From assembly GCA_020536535.1 (NCBI GenBank), contig JAHLWZ010000910.1:1-50641 (forward strand): a stretch of 50,641 bases of DNA. Direction: 5' to 3'. Source of the DNA: Pelomyxa schiedti (taxonomy: Eukaryota; Protista; Evosea). Shown here one piece after another: positions 21,101-32,000 of the stretch; position 1 is the stretch's first letter; each line of letters begins with the position of its first letter. Below the pieces are notes generated by a model. The model worked only from the letters and a program-made list of their open reading frames with translations. It did no database searches and had not been told where the DNA came from. The position numbers and the translations under genes were made by a program.

Positions 21101-24100
21101 ACATAGTCGCAACCCAGACAAGTATCATTCCCTAAACAAACCCCACACGAATCGTATTGAGAGCCTGACCATGGGTCACCATCACATCCAAGGCAAGCAT
21201 TAGTTCCTCCACAGATTTCGCACCTAGGGTAAGATTACATGAAACGAAGTTAAACACTATCCCACTTACTCGTCTGGCACAGAGCCTGACCACGGAACAA
21301 AGTCACAACCCAAACACAGGTTCATTTCGGAAGTATTAGTGGTACATTCACCACACAAGTCGTATTGAAGGTTACCAGGTTTCCCATCACACCCCAGGCA
21401 TTCGTTATTTCCATCACAAATACCACATTCATCAAATTCCTTTTCTACGATTACCAAAAAAAAAAAAAAAAGGTTCCACATACCGTTTTTGACCACGGGA
21501 CATAGTCGCAGCCGAGGCATGTATCATTCCCTAGGCACACGCCACATGAATCATATTGTGAACCTGACCAAGCAACATCGTCACATCCAAAGCAACTATT
21601 TGTTCCTCCGCATATATCACAACTACAAAGAGTTAGTAAGCCATTGCACAAGAGGCGCAAAAACCTATCAACTTCTTTATTTGACCAAGCAACAAAATCA
21701 CATCCAAGGCAGAGATTCATCAATGAAGTGTTGGTTGTACAGATGCCGCAGAGATCATATTGGAGGTTACCTGGTTCTCCATTACATCCTATGCACTCAT
21801 TGGTGCCTCCACATATGCCGCATTTATCTACCGTCTATCTGGCTTCAGAACTAAATTAAGTTGAAGAGATAATCTTACAGTATTTGACCAAGGAACATAA
21901 TCACACCCAAGACATGTCCCATTACCCAGGCATACTCCACAAGGGTCGTACTGCGCGCCTGTCCAGGGGATACCGTCACATCCGAGGCAGGTGTTAGAGC
22001 CTCCACAAATATCACAGCTTTTAGGAATTTTCAGTGGAAGTCAAGGCGATTCAAGGTTTAACTTATCAGGTTTCATCTCTGACCAGGGGACAGCGTCACA
22101 CCCAAAGCAGAGGTTCATCTCATCAGGATCAGAAGTACATTCACCACACATGTCGTACTGCATGTAACCCGGCTTTCCATCACACCCGAGGCAATCATCG
22201 CTACCACCACATATACCACATTGGTCAGGTACCTAAAAGCAGTCAAATCCTCACCACGAAGACCACAGTCAGACCGTTTTAGACCAAGGAACGAAATCAC
22301 ATCCCAAGCACGTGTCGTTTCCAAAGCACACTCCACACGAATCATATTGTTCTCCAGACCAAGCCACATCATCACAACCAAGGCAGCTATCAGAGCCTCC
22401 ACATATATCGCATCTGCAAACAAGTCAGAGAGCGCCATGAAATATTAAAGAAACCGGTCCAATTTCAGCCCGGACCATGGGATCGAGTCACATCCCAAGC
22501 ATAGGTTCATCTTTGTGGTGTTCGATGTGCACTCTCCGCACTGATCGTATTGAAGATTTCCAGGGAGACCATCACACCCAATGCACTCATCCTTGCCTCC
22601 ACAAACATCACATTTGTCCACCTCCTATTGGAATCAGACGGTTGTTACTCTGGTGGAAGCAGCACCGTTTTTGACCAAGGGATATAGTCACACCCCAGGC
22701 AGGTATTATTTCCCAGGCAAATCCCACAAGCATCGTACTGTGCGCCTGACCAGGGAACTCCGTCACACCCAAGACAGCTATCAGTGCCTCCGCAGATATC
22801 ACACCTAAAAGAGTTAAATAACAATTTGTTACAAAGAATCAGACTTGTCAGGTTCTGTGCCAGACCAAGGGACGTAATCGCAACCAAGACACAAGTTAAT
22901 CATGCTACTATTCGAAGTACATTCGCCACATAAATCGTAAGGAAGATTCCCTGGCTCCCCATCGCACCCAATGCATTCATTGTTGCCTGCACATATATCA
23001 CATTTGTCAACAACCTGAGCTAAGTTACAAAAGCAATTCTTTATGTGCATATGCTTGTGCAAACCGCGTTTGACCACGGCACGAAATCACAACCAAGACA
23101 TGTATCATTCCCGGCACAAACGCCACAGTTATCATACTGGGCGCCTGACCATGGCGCATTGTCACACCCAAGGCATTCGTCCGTTCCACCACAAATATCA
23201 CAGCTATATCCCGTTATTTGAGGTTTGTTAGGGTGGAAAAGAACTTGTCAGGCTTCTTGTTTGAAAACGGAACGTCATCACATCCCAGACACGAGTTGAC
23301 ACTATCAGGATCAGATGTGCATTCTCCACACAAGTCATAGGGAAGATTGCCAGGGAGCCCATCACAGCCGATGCAATCATCCGAGCCTCCGCATATTCCA
23401 CACTTATCAACAATCTAGCCCAAAGTGAGCTTTCTAAAAAAAAAGTTACTTACTGTATTTGACCATGCAATGTAGTCACAACCAAGACATGAACTGTTTC
23501 CACCACACACACCACAAGCATCATACTCAGTGCCAGACCATGCGATGTCATTGCAGCCAAGACACTCGTTTGTGCCACCACAAACATCACAGCTGACCAT
23601 ACACGGTTAGAATTCTAGTGATTCTGGATGTTTGTCATACAGGTCATTCTTTTTGTTAGACCATGGGACATGATCACAGCCCAAGCACAAGTTCAGATCC
23701 TCAGTTACATTGGTGCACACTCCACACTGATCATATTGACGGTTTCCTGGGAGTCCATCGCAGCCGATACATTCATCTGCTCCACCACAAACCCCACATT
23801 TATCAATTTCCTGCAAATGAAAGAATTAACTGCCAGTGACAAAGCCAACACAAAGAAAACGCACTGCTTTTGACCAGGGTACGTAATCGCAACCAAGGCA
23901 GGTATTGTTGCCCATGCAAACACCACAGAAGTCATAAGTATTGTAAGACCAAGCCTTACCATCGCAACCAAGGCAGCTATCAGAACCACCACAAACACCG
24001 CATCTGGAGAATCCATTAGTGAAAATGTGAGATACATTTTGGGTACTACTGATCCTCATGCTTATTGGACCAAGCAACATAATCACAGCCCAAGCATAAG

Positions 24101-27100
24101 TTCATGAGGTCTGGGTCTGATGTGCATGCTCCACATTCATCATATGGAAGGTTTCCTGGATTTCCGTCGCAACCGATGCACTCATCGGAGCCGCCACAAA
24201 TGCTGCACTTGTCAACCTCCTGCATCGAATTAGTCTTTCCACCTATCACTCACATGCATACCATATTCGACCAAGGGACATTGTCGCACCCAAGGCAGGT
24301 GTTGTTTCCATCACACTCACCACATTGATCGTAAGATAAACTACTGGGCTTGTCATCACAACCAAAGCATGAATTATGGCCACCACATTCGCCACAGTCA
24401 TCTTCCTCCATTCCGGACCAAGCATGTCCATCACAGCCAACACATAAATCACCTCCAGCGCAAATACCACACTAGGAGATTTAAGTTTGGATTGGAAAGT
24501 TAGTCTGAATATACCTGGTCATACACTTTCCCACTGAAGCACACTCTGTCACAGCCCATTGCTCTGTTGAGTCCTCCACAAATGCCACAGTCATCCACAC
24601 CTTATGAGATATTAAAGGTATGATAGAGGTATTTATGAGCGTCAAGGTACTTGTATTACTCCAGGGTTCCTTGTCGCAACCGAAACAGCCATTGGACCCA
24701 TCACACTCTCCGCACTATTAATGTAAGGATGGCCAAAAAAAATATGCAATACCTCATCATACTCCAAGTAAGAGAACAGAACTCCATCGCATCCAGTGCA
24801 GGAACTGGTTATCAAATAAATAGTAAAAAGAACAGGAGAGGCCGGTACGAATTGTCGCCACCGCAGACTCCACAATCATCAAAGGCAATGGTATCCCATT
24901 GCACACCATTGCATCCAAAGCATTCCCTATTTCCACCACAAACACCACAGGCATCGTAGCGGAATCCACTGTAGACTAGCCCATCACATCCTACACCTAT
25001 GGAACTTAGACCAGAACACGCATTAAATATACTCACAGGCATTATCCCCCATGCAGACACCACAGGCATCCACTTGTGCAGTACTCCATGGGAGACCATC
25101 ACAACCCACGCACGTCATGGCAATAGGATTATTTGTGCAAATTCCACAACTACTAGCATTAGATTCCAAAGGTGATTGGAAGCACCTGCCTGTCATAGAA
25201 CCACCCAGAATTCGGAACATTATCACACCCAACGCAGTCTGGAAACCAATTTAAAAAAAAACTTCCAATTCAGTCTGGGACTACCTGCTTTTCCTTTGCA
25301 AACACCACAAACATCGAGGTCAGCCTTGGACCAAGGCACTCCTGTCAATAGTGCTTATTAGAAAACTACAGTGGAAATTTCGTCTACCATCACAGCCAAC
25401 GCAAGAGGTTCCATCACCACCACATAGGCCGCATTGATCATATTGCTTCCCAGAATAAGCCACACCATCACACCCATGACATTCATTCTAAATACACCCC
25501 GTTAGGGAGCTACATGTTCATTTTGGCAGTATACCGTGCCCTTGCAGACTAGACAGTCATCAAGTTCGGCTTTACTCCAGGCCTTATCATCACAACCTGT
25601 GCAATTATCCATTGCGAGATCTCCAGGCAGTAGGCATTGACCACACAAGTCATATGTATGCGATCCAAATGCCTCTCCATTGCAGTCAAAACAGGAATTT
25701 GTGCCTTGGCACACTCCTATATTCCAGGGACATTTACTTCATGAGTACCGTTTCATTGTATAAAGGCCCTCATACCACATTGATCGTCCTTTGCCTTGGA
25801 CCATAGAATTCCATCGCAGCCTCGACACGATGTCGTGGTTGCCGAACAGCGTCCGCACTCATCATATTGCAGGGGTGGTACAGTGGCGAGACCATCACAC
25901 CCAATGCACCTATGAACAGTTAGTGAGACTTGATCAAGGTAATATAAATGACTTACTTGTTTGTTCCATTGCAGACACCACACAAGTCGTATTCGGCTGT
26001 ACCCCATTTCAGGCCAAAGCAGTCTATACAGCTAGAGCCGTTTCCCCCACAAATTCCACATTGATCATACTACACCTCCGTTAAACCTTACTCGATGGGA
26101 AAAAATTCAATACCCCAGCAGGCGGAACAGTAAACAGGTAATCACATCTAACATCGAGGACATAAGAGTCCAATGAATTGAATTGAAGTGAAGTGAAGAC
26201 AACAAACCCCATGCAAGCATCAGAGCCATCACACACGCCACAGTTGTCCAGGTCCTTATTTCCATAGGGAACCTGCTGACAGTCAAGACCTGAAAAATTC
26301 ATCAGGAAAGAGAAAGGGGGTGGCAGAAGTACAGGCGTTTGATCCATTGCAGACCCCACAGAGATCATACCTATAGGCATAAATGTAAACACTTGATTTT
26401 TGGAGATATCTTACATAAGTTTGGAAGGTGTCCCATCGCAACCAAAGCAGGTGGAGTTATCTCCACCACAAACGTTACATGCATCTACTGTGGCATGACC
26501 GCCCAGCTGGCCAAAACAATCTAAGCAACTTGTGCCATCCCCCCCACATACGCCACATATATCCACCACACTGTGGTGAGGGATTAATTATACATTGGGC
26601 AATGTAGAGGGAAAAAGAACATACGCAATTCCATAGGGGATATTTTTACAGTCAAAGCAAGAGTTAGCATTGGCTAAGGTCACACAGAGCTGACATTGAT
26701 CATAGATCTTCCCAGAGTTGCTCACATGGTCACACCCTAAGAAATAAGTGTCACAGAAAGCATTATCTGGCAGCTGGACAAACCGAAGCAAGGAAATACA
26801 GAATAAACCACTATTGATGCAGCTCCCCATCCAAGAACATTCAGGGTTATAGTACAATTATTTACTGTACTACAAGCAACTGAATACATTTGCAACACGT
26901 GTAAAAGAAATACCTTGCGAGAAGAGAGACATTAAAGGCATATGTATGGAATGGAGACACCCCAGAATATGATGCTGGTGTTACTGATGTAACGTAGGAA
27001 TACTGGTCTGAGGAAACAACCATCTTCAGGATGTTTGTAAGAATAAATACCATTCTCAGAGATTACCTTCAAGTTAGATGTCAGGTACGTCAACCCCGCC

Positions 27101-28536
27101 AAAATGGCAGGAACTACATTGGAGCTATCAGAGGCCAGCTCAAATGATGAGCCAAAACTAGGAGTCAATTAGTCATTCCCGATTTGCTCTTAATAAAGCG
27201 CATACCCAAGTGTGGTTATGAGGCTATTGTACGTTGTCATAACAGTAGGGAAGGTGGATGCGTCGTTGTTAATAACCGCAAATAGAGGCACGACATTCTT
27301 ATTGGTCAGGTGAGTTTTCAACCCAGATGCGGAAGGATAGTCCTCTCCTATGGAAAAGTTAATTTCTGCTTCTAATGTTGTAAGGAACCTGTTCCATAAT
27401 ATCTACAAGAAGTTAGGGAGGTTCCTGCAGAATCAAGAAGAGTTCCAACTGGATAACAAGGAGGCGTGTAACAGTCATCCACACAATCATAGTTATTGAG
27501 CACAGTCGAATATTTATTGTTCCAACATGAAGAAAACTTCATTTCGCGCTCGTAATGGTAATTAATATCAGTTATGGTAACAATCATCTATTAGGAGTGA
27601 GGTACGGTGATGTGACTCGCGACCCAACCTTGAGGGAAGTTGATCTCCAGCCATAGTTAGTGCAAGTTGCCTGTACAATACCAACTAACTGTGATTCAGG
27701 GTCGTCGTAACCCCAGCCAATAACAGTTTCCTAGATATTTTCCATGTAAGCAAACCAACTTCCAGCAAGCACCTTCTGAACATACCGCTACTTTTGCTTG
27801 TAAACTATTATAGTTGCTGGACAAGGTAGAAAGTGGCCAAAATCCATTATCTACAGCATAGGTTCCTGCATCACCAGCAGGATTCAGAGGCTTATCTCCA
27901 AATGTAGAGTATGCAAAGTTCGTCTCTGGCCGAGAGCTTCGCACAGAGGATATAATTCGAGGAATTAGCATGGCCACCATCTGCACATCTGGCGTCATAC
28001 TTCCAGTAATATCCTAAATGGCATGTTTGAAGTACTTCTCACTTAAGGAGAAAAATACTTGACTGAGCCAAAGATCCAACGGCTGAAGTTCTGAGGGAGG
28101 AACATGGACTAAAATGGGCACCACGAGTTTTTGATTCGGCATCAAGAAGACTTCCGTGATAATAGGGTCAATCTTGGCAGTTCAAGTGTGAGGGGAAGAA
28201 AAACAATTTGCTATTGCGTACTACGGAACCAGCAGTTGTCCACACAATCTGACTGTGACTGTGGAACCAGGTCCCGTTAGTGCAAGATCCCACAGAGGGG
28301 CCTGTGGTGTAGTTAGAACCCAGAACGAAACCAAACCCATACGTTTTTTTTTACGATGGGAAATGTGTGCACTTACCAGAAGCAGTTCCTGCCATGCATT
28401 GTGCGGTGCCAGTACACCAACCACATGAAGTACTTTGTACACAAGTTGTGCATATCGTAGACGTGCAAGCAGTGGCTGCGTAACCACAGAAACATAGCAG
28501 TGTGCACAGAAACAGATACGGTACTGTTGGGGACAT
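18128..28536 (-). CDS. Giant integrin-beta-like type I membrane protein (SP-PSI-hybrid-betaI/vWA-hybrid-Cys repeat stalk-TM-NPxY tail), multi-exon
   Basis: Signal peptide MSPTVPYLFLCTLLCFCGYAATA; PSI CTSTICTTCVQSTSCGWCTGTAQC...C...W; IDPIITEVFLMPNQKLVVPILVHV; PLDLWLSQ|DITGSM; FAYSTFGDKPLNP; GYDDPESQLVGIVQATCTNYGWRSTSLK..MIVTITD; EDYPSASGLKTHLTNKNVVPLFAV; ELASDSSNVV. These are colinear with the remembered integrin beta consensus (PVDIYYLMDLSYSM, GFGAFVDKP, DAPEGGFDAIMQATVC...GWR...LLVFTTD, DYPS...L..KNINLIFAV, LSxDSSNV). Tail ...ENPIYDETGVGMSTNQLYQSPTES*; TAG at 18128-18130. Confidence 0.88.
18480..26730 (-). repeat. Protein-level Cys-rich tandem repeat stalk (GCDxxPWSxxxxDxCGVCGGxNxCL), ~75-85 units, with a ~400-bp four-unit higher-order period over ~18900-24430
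   Basis: Directly visible in the minus-strand ORF fragments. The same four-unit succession recurs about 14 times with introns at equivalent positions. Counts are by hand. Confidence 0.9.
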
Positions 28537-29061
28537 ACTTGACGGATTATGGGTGGGGCTCGTTGCTCCCCTCCTTACAATATACAGTATAGCTGGGTAC
28601 AACAGAAAGGAACCCAACAAAGGGTTAGGGTGATGTGTGGTTGCTGTGATTGTTTCTTTTTGGTTATTTTTTTTCACACTGGATGAAACGGAATGGTTTT
28701 CCTGCAAAAGAGGTTCTGCCTGTCAGTTTTCGAGTTTGGAACAGCATCTATAATCAACGCATCTGTTGATCATGCGAAGAATAGACACGGAAACGAACGG
28801 ACCTTCTTTGCAACGACTGTTACATCACAACCAAAACTGCTAACGCCAAAACATAAACATCCTTCAAACCAATCACACACAACTTCTGTACAAAACATAC
28901 ACCACCACCATCATGCCAAGCCGCGGCTCTAGGCCGTATCTACTCCTGAACTCTTTGTTGGTTTCAGGTTTGCCCATTCCTCGTTTCCATTTTTCGTTTC
29001 TTCGTAACCCAATACGGCGCACGAGTGGTGCACAACAATAACGACGGAGAATGATGAATGA
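28537..29061. promoter_or_regulatory. Divergent intergenic region shared by the two giant surface-protein genes
   Basis: 525 bp between ATG 28536 (-) and ATG 29062 (+). It contains T-rich and CA-rich tracts and no convincing ORF. Confidence 0.5.
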
Positions 29062-32000
29062 ATGAATGATGGTGGTGCAGGATGTACAGTGTGGATGCTA
29101 CTCGTTGTTGTGACTACTATGACAATGACGCGGCAATGCGGGGCTACCCTTCCTACGGTTTTTCTTGAGGCTGAATATTACACTACGGCGGGTAGTTGGA
29201 GCAAGGCATCGTCTTCTACCGAATGGGACTCGTGTGGTCAGTATGTCACGACATCCACTAGCACTGGTGGCACTGCTGTGACTTACTCTTTCTCTGTTTC
29301 CTCGTATGTGTTGGACTTATTTTTTTTTTTTTTCTTTTTCTTTCTTTCCTTTCAGTGGCTAACTAACTTGATTAGGGCGGGAACTTATTCTGTGTGGATA
29401 TTATCGAGGATTGCAAATAATCCTGCTGGTGCCTCTTTGTGGCTCAAATTTGACTCTGTGTGTACTTTGCCCTAGCCTGTTCCACTTACATTTCCTAGGG
29501 GTCAAACATAGCTTGGGATCTTGTTGTTTTTGGGAACTCATGGCGCTACGTGGCAGATGTGCCACTTACTTCCGGTTCACATACCTTATCCATCACAATG
29601 AGGTAGATTATTCACCCACTTTTTTTTTTGTTTACTTTACCCTATTAGGAAATACAAAACCAAATTATACATGGATAAAATAATGATTACGGATCCATCT
29701 ACACCAAAGATGGGCTACACAAATAAAGGGAAAGCTGCACAGAACATTCCCACAGGAAAATGTATCTCTTTACTCCCACTAGCACTGTTCTTACAAATTA
29801 CACAAAGGTCAACAGGTCTACTTCGAGGTATGCCTTTTATTGCTGTTAGATCTTACATTAGGCTATAGGCGGAATTTGCATCATCTCCAGGGTCTCCAGT
29901 TTCACTTCTTGCATCTTCTACAGCCTCAATGGAAGGGGCACTGTATAAGGCTGAGTCCAGTACAACATCTTGCAGTACAACTTCTCGCTATGCCAAAGTA
30001 AAGTGATTCTTCCTTCGCCAGCTTATATTTGCACAGTTCAATGTCACTTGGTCAGAGTCAGTTTATCGCCCTGTATGGGTCAGGGTGATTGCCCCCACTT
30101 CTTCATTGAATCAACTCTCCATTTCCGTATGGATCTCTTACCTCAATCAAGAACTCAACATGTTTAGTCCTCCTCTTGTGGGGCTCTTTCTTCATTAACA
30201 GTCTCCAATCCAAGTCAAGAGTTCCAATGGGTCCCAGTACCTCCTTTTTCAATCCTTACTTTTTTTTAATTCATTCTTCCCTAAGTTTCCTGACTTGGTT
30301 ACTGTACCAAATATCTTTTTAATAACCTTTGTTACTGGCTACACATATCTTGACAAAATTTATATTGGATGGGGGGTCCCTACAACCTCTGGAACTCCTG
30401 TAAACATTCCTAGTTCAAGTGCGCATTAATACATTCCCTTGTTTACTTTTGATACTCTTTCAAGGTACTAGTTGTTCAACATATAATGGTCTATGTGATC
30501 CTGTTACTTCCTGTAGTACCGGACCTGTATGCTCCAGTTGTCCAATTGGTTACACTGGATGTGGCAACATCCAATCTTGCAACAAACCCAATGGATGTGT
30601 GCGAACTGTTCCATATGGCTGCTTTTTTGATCGAAGCATTTCCTTATTTGCTTACACCGGAACAACTTCATTCCCAACAAGTTCTATTACTATAGAAATG
30701 TGGGCTTCAAGAGCTGTGTACGTTCCAACTTCAGATATTACCCTTTTGCACTATATTAGTGGTACTTCTGAGTTCCACATCCGTTATAATCCAACTATTG
30801 GATTGTATTTGTATGCGCACTGCTACCTTCCCATTGTATTCTCATTTCCATTCCAGGTACACTTCATTGGTATCTGTCAAGCCGACAACACCCATTCTTC
30901 TTACTCCTGATATCTGGACTCACATTGCTGTTAAGGGTAATTATTATCTTGGTAGGTTCTTATCTTCTTTTAGATTTCATATGATAGAACCACTGCCAAG
31001 TTCTATATAAATGGGGCTTTAGTGGCAACTGTTACAGCCTCTTCTCCTGTTATTACGTCTCCTGGAGTTATTTCTATAGGGAAAAAAGTGGGTAAGTGCA
31101 AATTTCCTTGATTCTTCTTGTACTCATTGTTGTAGTTGATTTCACGAAGGATTTGACACTTCCGGCCTTTGGGGTTGATGAATTGAGAGTGTGGTCAACA
31201 GTTCTAACCCAAGCAACGATTCAGAGCCTCATGGGTGCAACACTGACGACTTCACAGCCCAATCTTCTTCGTACCAAGTTTTTTTCGTTTTCTTTGAGTT
31301 CCTAATGTTTCATGAAGATGTGTGGAGTTTTGGTCCTGACACAGGATCCTGCAGTCCTGTAACAACTGAGACTTTTGGTTTGGTAACAATGACAACATCC
31401 CTGACTGAATGTATGAAAACTTTTTTTTTCAAGCTTACGGTCTCAGGGTATGCCCTCTATCAACTATATTGGGCAACTGGCGGTCCCGATTGGTATTCTC
31501 AGACAAGTTGGCTCACAGGTCAGCCTTGCTCAGGAACAAACCTCTCAAGCCCAGTGTGGTACGGGCTGGATTGTGACAATTCAGGAAGTGGTAGAATTGC
31601 TACCATGTGAGAATAACTGCACATTAGCTCTTTCTCACTTTTACTAGAAATTTGGCCTTTAATAACCTTGTTGGAACGCTACCTTCATCCCTTTTTGCAC
31701 CTTTTTCCAAGCTTTCTATTTTGTAATTAGCACATTACTAATGATCGTCCCTTACACTTCTCAAGAATGGTTGATCACAACACATTAAGTGGTGCGATAC
31801 CAATAGATATAGGTTTCCTTACAAGTGCTGTTACAATGTTTCTTTCTCTCATTGTGAAACTCAACTAACCTTGCCTTGCAGATTGATGCAAAACAATCTT
31901 CTTCAATCTATGCCAACAACAATATCAACTCTAACTTCATTGCAAAAGCTGTGAGTTTGTGCAATTCTAGCTATGCGTTAATATTCATGTAGATATTTGC

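Noticed and set aside
28351-28932. Upstream extension of ORF 28351-28707 and ORF 28693-28932
   Set aside because: The first starts at a non-ATG codon upstream of a clear ATG plus signal peptide at 28536. The second is compositionally biased intergenic sequence.
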